Source: Bacteroidales bacterium
GTDB taxonomy: Bacteria > Bacteroidota > Bacteroidia > Bacteroidales > NBLH01
Length of the DNA: 29,571 nucleotides
Direction: 5' to 3'
Assembly (NCBI GenBank): GCA_029210905.1
Contig: JARGGF010000001.1
Span: 1 to 29,571, forward strand
This document shows, piece after piece, positions 18,329 to 26,679 of this stretch. The stretch's first letter is position 1. The number at the start of each line of letters is the position of its first letter. The position numbers and the translations under genes were made by a program. Under the pieces are notes generated by a model. That model made no database searches, was not told where the DNA came from, and saw nothing but the letters and a program-made list of their open reading frames with translations.

Positions 18329-18346
18329 TGGTGAAATCTTTCAATT
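18329..18346. promoter_or_regulatory. Possible Rex-like operator
   Basis: TGGTGAAATCTTTCAATT matches 13 of 18 positions of TTGTGAAATATTTCACAA; lies between two divergent redox operons. The region is AT-rich, so chance is possible. Confidence 0.25.
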
Positions 18347-18713
18347 TGTTAAAAATGTATAAACCAATTAGGTCAACCAATATGCAAAATTACCTTATTT
18401 CTTTGTAACATCCTATTTTTCTATGACTTAACAATTTGTAAGACTCTTATGTTAGAATTTCTTTGCCTTAAGCCCAGGTAAACAAAATAATCCAGTTTTG
18501 TTCTAAATAATTTAATTAATATCTTGGCAAACCTGCTGAAAAAGGGGATAAGCTTTTGTTTTGATTCAAATTTCGGACTAATGAAAAAGAAAGTATTTTA
18601 ATTTGCAGTATAATGGTTAAATGTTAGTGGTTATACGTTATTTGTTAATCCGCTAAAACAATTAACTTATAACAATTAACCAATAACTTCTACAGAACAA
18701 ATAAGAACACTCT

Positions 18714-18944
18714 ATGAACAACTTGGTTAATAATCAACATGATACAAACAGGAGGAATTTCATAAAATCAATCATTAGGAACTTTTTACTTCTTGGACTT
18801 GCTTTTACCAGTATATTCCTGGTTTTCAAAGAAGATGATGGCGAAGAATGTAACTTTGATTTTGTATGCAGATCATGTAAAAAATCAAAAGGCTGTTCGC
18901 TCCCTGAAGCAAAAAATTATCGTTCAAATAAATTAAGGGTATAG
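18714..18944 (+). CDS. Small membrane-anchored Cys4 protein with twin-Arg-like motif
   Basis: NRRNFIK, a TM segment (FLLLGLAFTSIFLVF), then C-x5-C-x2-C-x5-C (CNFDFVCRSCKKSKGC). First gene of the operon; 3 nt gap to the next ATG. Confidence 0.72.
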   Translation: MNNLVNNQHDTNRRNFIKSIIRNFLLLGLAFTSIFLVFKEDDGEECNFDFVCRSCKKSKGCSLPEAKNYRSNKLRV

Positions 18945-18947
18945 GTT

Positions 18948-19523
18948 ATGGACGAAAATGTTAAGAGGATCGATCGTCGTGATTTTATCAACAGTGCCCT
19001 TCGCATTTCTGTTGGTATTGCAGTAGGAAGCATTGGTGGTGTTTTGCTTGCCAGAACCTCAAAAGACGATATGGTCTGGCAGCTTGATCCGGCTAAATGC
19101 GTACAATGTGGAAGGTGTGCAACCAGCTGTGTTTTAACACCTTCGGCAGTAAAATGTGTGCATGTATACAACATGTGTGGTTATTGCGATTTATGTGGTG
19201 GCTACTTCAGGCCCGAAGCTAAAAATTTAACCACAGCAGCTGAAAACCAACTTTGTCCAACAGCAGCCATAGAACGAAAATATATCGAAGACCCATTTTT
19301 TGAATACCACATTAATGAGGATTTGTGCATTGGATGCGGCAAATGTGTTGAAGGCTGTGGTTCGTTCGGAAACGGTTCCATGCAATTACAGGTTCGCCAT
19401 GATTTGTGCGTTAACTGCAACCAGTGTGCTATCGCAAGGGATTGTCCTGCTGATGCATTTAGCAGGGTATCAAGAGAAAGCCCTTATATTTTCAAAGGAT
19501 TTAGTACGGATGAAACTACATAA
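18948..19523 (+). CDS. Membrane-anchored polyferredoxin (about four [4Fe-4S]) with twin-Arg-like N-terminus
   Basis: DRRDFIN plus a hydrophobic helix; CVQCGRCATSC, CGYCDLC...LCP, CIGCGKCVEGC and CVNCNQCAIARDCP (17 Cys). Confidence 0.88.
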   Translation: MDENVKRIDRRDFINSALRISVGIAVGSIGGVLLARTSKDDMVWQLDPAKCVQCGRCATSCVLTPSAVKCVHVYNMCGYCDLCGGYFRPEAKNLTTAAENQLCPTAAIERKYIEDPFFEYHINEDLCIGCGKCVEGCGSFGNGSMQLQVRHDLCVNCNQCAIARDCPADAFSRVSRESPYIFKGFSTDETT

Positions 19524-19599
19524 ATTTCAAATAGCAAAATACAATTTCCAATTTTTACTGAAATTGCCAGCAATTAAAATTCAAACTTTATTAGCAACA

Positions 19600-20871
19600 A
19601 TGAACAGCAACAAAATAAAAATAATTGTTTTATTTATCCTCCTTGGAATTCAAACTGTTGCTATCTCGGGTCCCCGTTTCCCAATGCCCGAATTTGAGTC
19701 GGGGCATACACAGCCACCTACGCTCCAACCTGAACCAAGGTCAGACTTTTTCGAAATTTTTGATGCTTTTGTGCTGATTGCCGCATTGACAGTTATAACC
19801 TGGCTCATTCATAAAAAACGCTCAAGAAGAGGTGTTTTTTGGGTTTCAATTTTCTCCCTTCTTTATTTTGGATTTATTCGCGAAGGGTGTATTTGTTCTA
19901 TTGGGGCTATACAAAATATTACGCTTGCATTGTTCAACCCCTCTTATCAAATACCTGCTACTGTTATCGCTTTTTTTGTTATCCCATTGATTTACACCTT
20001 GTTCTATGGAAGAACCTTTTGCGCGGGAGTTTGTCCTTTGGGTGCTATCCAGGATATTTTTGCTTTGCAACCAGTAGATTTAAAAACCTGGGTACAAAAA
20101 ATCTTAGGCCTTATCCCTTTCATTTATCTGGGACTGGCTATTTTATATGCTGCCACCAGTACTGATTTTATTATTTGCCGGTACGACCCATTTGTGGGTA
20201 TTTTCAGGCTTGATGCTACCTTCTTTATGTTTAGCATTGGAGCACTTTTTATTATCACCTCAGTTTTTATTGCAAGGCCTTATTGTCGGTTTTTCTGCCC
20301 TTATGGTGTTCTTCTTAACTTAATTAGCAGGGTTTCTAAAAAACATGTTGAAATAACGCCCACGCATTGCATTAATTGCAGGTTATGTGAAAATTCTTGT
20401 CCATTTGGAGCCATTGAAAAACCAGTTCCGGTTAAAGAGATTGGGAATAAAAATACCGCCTTACGAAAATTCATGACCCTAAGTTTCATTATCCCACTTT
20501 TAATATTTATTGGAGGCTGGACCGGATCTCAGTTTCACGAAAACCTGGCCATGGTAAATGCCGATGTAAGACTGGCAAATGAAATATTAACCACTGATTT
20601 ACAGGATAAAACAATAGAGTTTTCAGAAGAAATAAAAGCTTTCAAAAGCTCCGGTAAAACTGCTGATGAAATTTATGCAAAAGCCAACGAAATTTTAGAT
20701 GATTTTTACATAGGTGGCTGGATACTAGGTGGATTTATTGGGCTGGTATTCGGAATAACCCTTGCAAGTGTTTCAATATTCAGATACAGAGAAGATTATA
20801 AAACAAATAAGGGAGAATGTTTCAGTTGTGCCAGGTGCTTTGATTATTGTCCGGTAAAGGTTGAAAGTTAA
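19600..20871 (+). CDS. NapH/MauN/NosR-C-like polytopic membrane Fe-S protein
   Basis: True start is the ATG at 19600; the track extension overlaps the upstream gene. CICSIGAIQ, FCAGVCPLG, YCRFFCPYG, CINCRLCENSCP and C-terminal CFSCARCFDYCP; multiple TMs. Confidence 0.88.
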   Translation: MNSNKIKIIVLFILLGIQTVAISGPRFPMPEFESGHTQPPTLQPEPRSDFFEIFDAFVLIAALTVITWLIHKKRSRRGVFWVSIFSLLYFGFIREGCICSIGAIQNITLALFNPSYQIPATVIAFFVIPLIYTLFYGRTFCAGVCPLGAIQDIFALQPVDLKTWVQKILGLIPFIYLGLAILYAATSTDFIICRYDPFVGIFRLDATFFMFSIGALFIITSVFIARPYCRFFCPYGVLLNLISRVSKKHVEITPTHCINCRLCENSCPFGAIEKPVPVKEIGNKNTALRKFMTLSFIIPLLIFIGGWTGSQFHENLAMVNADVRLANEILTTDLQDKTIEFSEEIKAFKSSGKTADEIYAKANEILDDFYIGGWILGGFIGLVFGITLASVSIFRYREDYKTNKGECFSCARCFDYCPVKVES

Positions 20872-20879
20872 ATTAATAA

Positions 20880-20967
20880 CTCTGTGCCCCTCCGTGTTTC
20901 TCTGTGCAACTCTGTGAAATAACCTATTGCACAGAGGCTCACAGAGTTTTCACAGAGGTACACAGTG
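20880..20967. repeat. Inverted array: 4x CTCTGTG followed by 4x CACAGAG, phased at 10-11 bp
   Basis: ctctgtg 20880, ctccgtg 20890, ctctgtg 20900, ctctgtg 20910; 13-nt spacer; cacagag 20930, 20940, 20951, cacagtg 20961. Confidence 0.9.
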
Positions 20968-20975
20968 AAAATAAA

Positions 20976-22820
20976 ATGAAAATGCAGGAAAATAACCATA
21001 AAAAAGTAAACGTCCGGTTATGGAAAAGAATCGTGCTTATCGCAGCTGTTTTTTCCCTCTTAACCGCTTTATTGCTCATTGCCAATTACATACAACTAAA
21101 TAGGGCAGATCCGGTTAACACTAAAACCATCAATATGCTGGTGGAACGTCTCAATCAAAACCCTGATGATGATGCACTTAGGAATGAAATCAGGGAACTG
21201 GATTTATTGGCCCGTAAAGCATATTTTACCAATCAATGGCAAATAAGAACAGGTGCTTATCTTTTATTAATTGGAATAATTGTAGTGGTGGTGGCGCTGC
21301 AAATTATAAAATCAGCAAAGGGTATTGAACCTGAGATTCCTGCTGAAAAAGGTCTGGATTTTCTTTCAAATCAGGTAATTACCAGAAAATGGGTATCTAT
21401 TAGTGGTATTTCTTTGGTTGGAATTGCTCTTCTTTTTGCTTTTTTAACACATAACAAACTGGGTAATGCGATAACACAGGCATCTACCAGTACCCAGACT
21501 GACACTATCTCAAGCAAGCTAGCTGTAAACAGTAATAATACTATAGAAACCAGCACAATGGTTTCTGATTCTATGACTACTAGTGAAGTAGCTGAAAATC
21601 AAGATACTGCCACAAACGAAAATGATGTAGATACTACAACCAAAGTGTTATCTGAATATCCAACATATAAAGAAATTATACAGAATTTTCCTTGCTTTAG
21701 AGGTCCTGGAGGTAATGGAATTGCATATCAGAAAAATGTTCCTACCAGTTGGGATGGCGCTTCAGGTGCAAACATAAAATGGAAGTTTGCAGTTCCGCTT
21801 CCTGGTTTTAATTCACCTGTGGTTTGGGAAGACAAAGTATTTATTTCAGGAGCAAATGCAACAACAAGAGAGGTTTATTGTATTGATAGAAATACTGGTA
21901 AATTATTATGGAAGGCACCAGTTGTAAATGTACCTGGTTCTCCTGGGACTTCCCCCAAAGTTACAGACGATACCGGACATGCTGCCCCAACTTTGGCTGT
22001 TGATGGACGCAGGGTTTATGCGATTTTTTCAAACGGTGATATTATTGCCCTTGATATGGACGGGAACAAAGTCTGGGCCAGGAACCTGGGAACACCATCT
22101 AATCATTATGGACATTCATCTTCGCTGATGTTATTTAATAATATGGTTATCATACAATACGACCAAAAAAACTCACCAAAGGTGATGGCTTTATCAACAA
22201 CTACCGGAAAAACTATCTGGAGTACCGCCCGTGAAGTAAAAATTTCATGGGCATCACCAGTAATTGTATATACTGGCCAACAAACTGAAATCATCTTATC
22301 TTCAGATCCTTACGTGGCATCTTACAATCCATGGTCGGGTAAGGAAAACTGGCGCATCGACTGTATTTTTGGTGAGGTAGGCCCTTCAGTGGCTTATGCC
22401 GATGGCCTTGTGTTCGCTCAGAATGAGTATGCCAGATTGGTAGCCATTAAAATTGGCGAAAAACCAGAAATTTTGTGGGAGTCTGACGAATATTTATCTG
22501 ACGTTCCCAGCCCGGTTGCTACTAAAGATTATTTATTTTCAGCAACCAGCTATGGTGTAGTAGTTTGTTACGAAGCCAAAACATGCAAAAAATTATGGGA
22601 ACAAGAGTTCGGAAATGGTTTCTATTCATCGCCAATGATGGTAGGTGGAAGAATATATCTGTTTGATAGAAAAGGAGTTGCACATATTTTCTCGGCCAGC
22701 GGAACTTATAAAAGTCTTGGTGAACCAAAATTGGGTGAAGATGTGGTAAGCACCCCTGCTTTTGCTGATGGGCAATTGTTTATCAGGGGGTCGAAGAATT
22801 TATATTGTATTGGAAAATAA
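20976..22820 (+). CDS. Three-TM membrane protein with C-terminal BamB/PQQ-like beta-propeller
   Basis: Start refined to the ATG at 20976 (or 20982). Three hydrophobic helices, a Ser/Thr-rich linker, FPCFRGPGGNG, then repeated W-containing blades (IKWK, LLWK, KVWAR, TIWS, ENWR, ILWE, KLWE). Confidence 0.88.
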   Translation: MKMQENNHKKVNVRLWKRIVLIAAVFSLLTALLLIANYIQLNRADPVNTKTINMLVERLNQNPDDDALRNEIRELDLLARKAYFTNQWQIRTGAYLLLIGIIVVVVALQIIKSAKGIEPEIPAEKGLDFLSNQVITRKWVSISGISLVGIALLFAFLTHNKLGNAITQASTSTQTDTISSKLAVNSNNTIETSTMVSDSMTTSEVAENQDTATNENDVDTTTKVLSEYPTYKEIIQNFPCFRGPGGNGIAYQKNVPTSWDGASGANIKWKFAVPLPGFNSPVVWEDKVFISGANATTREVYCIDRNTGKLLWKAPVVNVPGSPGTSPKVTDDTGHAAPTLAVDGRRVYAIFSNGDIIALDMDGNKVWARNLGTPSNHYGHSSSLMLFNNMVIIQYDQKNSPKVMALSTTTGKTIWSTAREVKISWASPVIVYTGQQTEIILSSDPYVASYNPWSGKENWRIDCIFGEVGPSVAYADGLVFAQNEYARLVAIKIGEKPEILWESDEYLSDVPSPVATKDYLFSATSYGVVVCYEAKTCKKLWEQEFGNGFYSSPMMVGGRIYLFDRKGVAHIFSASGTYKSLGEPKLGEDVVSTPAFADGQLFIRGSKNLYCIGK

Positions 22821-22825
22821 AAAGC

Positions 22826-22902
22826 AGTGCCTTAAGTGCCCTAAAGTTTAAAGTACTTAGAGTTAAAATAGCAACAAAACTTAGCGCCTTTGCGCCTTTG
22901 CG
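22826..22902. repeat. Two adjacent microrepeats: AGTGCCT/AGTACTT family and CTTTGCG family
   Basis: agtgccttaagtgccctaaagtttaaagtacttagagtt (22826-22864); cttagcg 22880, ctttgcg 22888 and 22896 (period 8). Confidence 0.65.
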
Positions 22903-22910
22903 AGAAAGAA

Positions 22911-25259
22911 ATGAACGAATCAATCATAAATACCGTTGACCAAATAATAGCTGAAAAAGGGATAACTTCAAATGCGGTTATCCCTATTCTTCAGGCTATC
23001 CAGGAAAAATTTAATTATTTGCCCGAAGATGCCCTGAAAAGAGTGTGTGAAAATACAGACATCACTCAATCACAAATTACTGGGATATCAACTTTTTATT
23101 CACAATTCAGGCATAAGCCTGTAGGTGAGCATATTATAAAGGTTTGTGTTGGGACTGCCTGTCATGTAAAAGGTGCTTTACAGGTTTACGATTCATTCAA
23201 AAGAACGCTAAAACTTAAAGACAAAGAAGATACAGATAAGAACGGACTTTATACCATTGAAAAAGTAGCTTGCCTGGGCTGCTGCACCATTGCCCCTGTG
23301 GTTCAGATAGATAACATTACTTATGGCAATGTTGAAACAGAAAAAGTACCTGAAATACTTGACGACTTTATCTTAGCGAAAAATAATACAGAAACAAGTA
23401 TTGTTAAAACCTACCAAAATAACAGCCTGGTTCAGGGTGAAATAAGGGTAGGCCTGGGCTCCTGCTGTGTGGCAAGCGGAAGTGCCGATGTTAAAAACGA
23501 ATTAGAGAAAACATTGGCTAACAATAAGATACATGTGGATGTGAAACATGTTGGCTGTGTGGGAGTTTGCAATCAGGTGCCATTGCTGGAAATTCACAAA
23601 CCCAACATGGAACCTGTCTACTATGCCAAAATTAAGCCCGATGAAGTAAAACAAATTATCCAAACGCATTTTAGGGCAAACCGACTGATTGATCGTCTAA
23701 AAAATCAATTCTTTTTGTTTTTCGAAAACATGCTGGTGGAAAACCTTCCGCAAACTGTGAAAAGATATGCTTCAGATCATCGTGATACACCAATTGCAGA
23801 ATTCCTGAACGGACAGATTTCCATTGCCACCGAACATCGAGGCCAATTAAAACCATCTGATATTGAGGAGTATAAAAAAAAGGGAGGTTTCAATTCATTT
23901 CTAAAATGTATTAAAGAATATTCACAGGATCAGTTAATCGAAATCATCCGACAAAGTGGTTTAAAAGGCCGTGGAGGAGGAGGATTCCCTTCAGCAATAA
24001 AATGGCAGATGGTTAAAGATGCCAAAGCTGAAAAAAAATACATCATTTGCAATGGTGATGAAGGTGATCCGGGTGCATTTATGGATAGAATGTTGCTTGA
24101 ATCCTATCCCTATAGAGTAATAGAAGGGATGCTGATTGCGGCTTATGCAGTGGGGGCACAGGAAGGTATTTTCTACATCAGGGCTGAGTATCCACTTGCT
24201 GTTCAGCGAATTAATGAAGCTTTAGCAATATGCAGGCAAGAAAATTACCTTGGTAAAAATATTCAGGGAACTGATTTTTCAATCAATTTTAAAATATTCG
24301 AAGGTGCGGGTGCCTTTGTTTGTGGTGAAGAAACCGCATTGATTGCTTCTATTGAAGGAAAAAGAGGTTTGCCTTCCATGCGCCCACCCTACCCTGCTGA
24401 AAGTGGTTTGTGGGATGGGCCTACTTTAATAAATAATACAGAAACATTGGCGCTGGTTCCATGGATAGTAAGAAACGGCGCAGAAGCCTTCAATCAAATA
24501 GGAACTAAAAACAGCACGGGTACTAAAGTTTTTGCACTGGCAGGCAAAGTAAAACGGGGAGGGCTTATAGAAGTACCTATGGGGACAACGATACATCAGG
24601 TAATTGAAGAAATAGGTGGTGGCATTGCCAACGATAAACAATTTAAAGCAGTACAAATTGGCGGACCATCAGGAGGTTGTATCCCTGCCTCATTATCAGC
24701 CACTCCAATCGACTATGAATCGCTGGAAAAATTAGGAGCCATGATGGGTTCTGGCGGACTCATTGTTTTGGACGAAACAGATTGTATGGTTGATATTGCT
24801 AAGTATTTTCTGTCCTTTACCCAGGACCAAAGCTGTGGAAAATGCACTTTCTGCAGAATTGGGACTAAACGTATGCTTGAAATACTTGAAAAAATTACCA
24901 GAGGGCAAGGTGTTTTGAAAGATCTGGAAATACTTGAGCAATTAGCCGAAAGCACAAAAAAAGGAAGTATCTGCGGATTGGGAAGAACTGCTCCAAATCC
25001 AATTTTATCGACACTCCACTATTTTAGAGAGGAATATTTAGCACATATTAATGGCACTTGCCCTTCAGGAAAATGCACTGAATTAATCACATACAGTATT
25101 ACAGATGATTGCATCGGCTGTACCATTTGTGCGCAAAAATGCCCCTCGGATGCCATACCACTGAATCCTTATAAAAAGCATGAAATTATTAATGATAAAT
25201 GCATTAAGTGTGATGTTTGCAGGCAGGTTTGTCCGGAAAAAGCTGTATTAGTAAAATAA
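22911..25259 (+). CDS. NuoE-NuoF (HydC-HydB / BfuC-BfuB) fusion: NADH/FMN-binding Fe-S flavoprotein
   Basis: Start at the ATG at 22911. NuoE part CVGTACHVKG...ACLGCC; second thioredoxin-like domain GLGSCC...GCVGVC; GLKGRGGGGFP, CNGDEGDPGAFMDR, GAFVCGEETAL, GGPSGG, SCGKCTFCRIG...SICGLG, HINGTCPSGKC; C-terminal CIGCTICAQKCP and CIKCDVCRQVCP. Confidence 0.93.
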   Translation: MNESIINTVDQIIAEKGITSNAVIPILQAIQEKFNYLPEDALKRVCENTDITQSQITGISTFYSQFRHKPVGEHIIKVCVGTACHVKGALQVYDSFKRTLKLKDKEDTDKNGLYTIEKVACLGCCTIAPVVQIDNITYGNVETEKVPEILDDFILAKNNTETSIVKTYQNNSLVQGEIRVGLGSCCVASGSADVKNELEKTLANNKIHVDVKHVGCVGVCNQVPLLEIHKPNMEPVYYAKIKPDEVKQIIQTHFRANRLIDRLKNQFFLFFENMLVENLPQTVKRYASDHRDTPIAEFLNGQISIATEHRGQLKPSDIEEYKKKGGFNSFLKCIKEYSQDQLIEIIRQSGLKGRGGGGFPSAIKWQMVKDAKAEKKYIICNGDEGDPGAFMDRMLLESYPYRVIEGMLIAAYAVGAQEGIFYIRAEYPLAVQRINEALAICRQENYLGKNIQGTDFSINFKIFEGAGAFVCGEETALIASIEGKRGLPSMRPPYPAESGLWDGPTLINNTETLALVPWIVRNGAEAFNQIGTKNSTGTKVFALAGKVKRGGLIEVPMGTTIHQVIEEIGGGIANDKQFKAVQIGGPSGGCIPASLSATPIDYESLEKLGAMMGSGGLIVLDETDCMVDIAKYFLSFTQDQSCGKCTFCRIGTKRMLEILEKITRGQGVLKDLEILEQLAESTKKGSICGLGRTAPNPILSTLHYFREEYLAHINGTCPSGKCTELITYSITDDCIGCTICAQKCPSDAIPLNPYKKHEIINDKCIKCDVCRQVCPEKAVLVK

Positions 25260-25279
25260 CCATAACGAAAACTTATATT

Positions 25280-26614
25280 ATGAGTTTTGAAATTGATAAT
25301 CAGACACTAAGAGATTTAAATATATTTCCAAATAAGAAGAAAGAACAATCCATTTTTGACTTATTCAAACAAACCAAAACAGTAGGTGGGCAAAATACAC
25401 TTATTCGTTTAATGAAAAATCCGCTGAACAATTTTGAACAACTTTCAGAAAGAGTTGAGGCCATCCGATATTTTCAAGACAATAATATTGCTTTTCATTT
25501 TATTGACAGAAACCTTGAATTTATTGAACATTACCTTAACTTAAACATGCCTGTGCTTCGAAAAGGGTGGATTTTTGCCCTATCCGATTGGTTAAGTGAT
25601 GTTATTTTACCTACAAATGAATATTTTGCAATTAAACGTGGCTTAAAGTTCTTACAGCAATTTTTACTTCAATTAAAGATTTATATTGAGAGTATTCAGC
25701 TTACGGAATATCCTGAATATTTTAATAGCGTCATAAATGAATTTAACTTGCTTAATACTAGCGATCTATTTAAATCTTTTTTAGCTCTCTCAGATAAAAA
25801 AATCAATCGCTTAAAATCAGTAAATAGCTTTGATAATTTAATACGTAAAAAGTCAAAAGACGATCTTCTAAAATTAATAAGCAAAATATACGAAATTGAT
25901 TCATTGAGAACTGTTGCTCTGGTATCGAAAGAAAACAATTATTGTCTGCCTGATTATACTCAAAACAACTCTTCATTATTGAATATCGACAACTTATTCC
26001 ATCCATTTGTTAATGAGCCAATTACTAATAGTTTTTCTTTCAATGAGCAAACAAATATGTGCTTTTTGACAGGTGCAAATATGGCTGGAAAATCAACCTT
26101 CTTAAAATCAGTCGGTTTGTGCTGTTACTTGGCACATTTAGGATTTCCTGTACCTGCAAGCAAAATGGAAACCAGCATTTATAGTGGTTTAATTACTGCT
26201 ATAAATCTATCAGATGATGTTACCAAAGGTTATAGTCATTTTTATTCTGAAGTAAAAAGAGTTAAGAATACAGCAATAAGTATTAAAGAAAAAAAGAAGA
26301 TCCTGGTTATTTTCGATGAACTGTTTAGAGGAACTAATGTAAAAGACGCCTATGATGCTTCATTAATGATAACTGCAGCATTTGCAAAAATTAAACACTG
26401 TGCATTTTTTATTTCGACCCATATAGTGGAAATTGCTGAGGAATTAAAAAATGAAGACAATATCATTTTCAAATATTTTGAATCGGAAGTGGTTAACGAA
26501 ATCCCCGTCTATAGTTACAAGTTAGCAAATGGAGTTTCTGCAGACAGGCATGGGCTGAGAATAGTTAAAAATGAAAAAATAGTTGAAATACTTGAGGGAA
26601 TAATTAATGAATAA
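25280..26614 (+). CDS. MutS-related ATPase (domain III remnant plus domain V only; no mismatch-binding domain)
   Basis: Start refined to the ATG at 25280. DNQTLRDLNIF, Walker A LTGANMAGKSTF, SHFYSEVKRV, Walker B IFDELFRGTN, FISTH. Confidence 0.88.
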   Translation: MSFEIDNQTLRDLNIFPNKKKEQSIFDLFKQTKTVGGQNTLIRLMKNPLNNFEQLSERVEAIRYFQDNNIAFHFIDRNLEFIEHYLNLNMPVLRKGWIFALSDWLSDVILPTNEYFAIKRGLKFLQQFLLQLKIYIESIQLTEYPEYFNSVINEFNLLNTSDLFKSFLALSDKKINRLKSVNSFDNLIRKKSKDDLLKLISKIYEIDSLRTVALVSKENNYCLPDYTQNNSSLLNIDNLFHPFVNEPITNSFSFNEQTNMCFLTGANMAGKSTFLKSVGLCCYLAHLGFPVPASKMETSIYSGLITAINLSDDVTKGYSHFYSEVKRVKNTAISIKEKKKILVIFDELFRGTNVKDAYDASLMITAAFAKIKHCAFFISTHIVEIAEELKNEDNIIFKYFESEVVNEIPVYSYKLANGVSADRHGLRIVKNEKIVEILEGIINE

Positions 26615-26679
26615 CAAATTTTACTTACCAATAAAGCGGATGCATATTAAGAATGAGATAGTTACAATGACAATTATTG

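Noticed and set aside
19300-19599. Cys-rich 100 aa N-terminal extension of the NapH-like ORF
   Set aside because: It overlaps the ferredoxin gene in another frame and then crosses a repeat-containing spacer; the ATG at 19600 gives a normal signal-like start.
20880-20967. CRISPR array, or RAG/Transib RSS heptamer (CACAGTG at 20961)
   Set aside because: The units are 7 nt with 3-4 nt linkers, far too short for CRISPR repeats and spacers, and no cas genes are present. The single CACAGTG has no nonamer and is just a variant of the local CACAGAG unit.
20976-22820. Calling the propellers PQQ-dependent dehydrogenases or true BamB
   Set aside because: Only the generic Trp-containing blade repeats are visible. 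There are no pqq genes or bam context, and the proteins are not lipoproteins.
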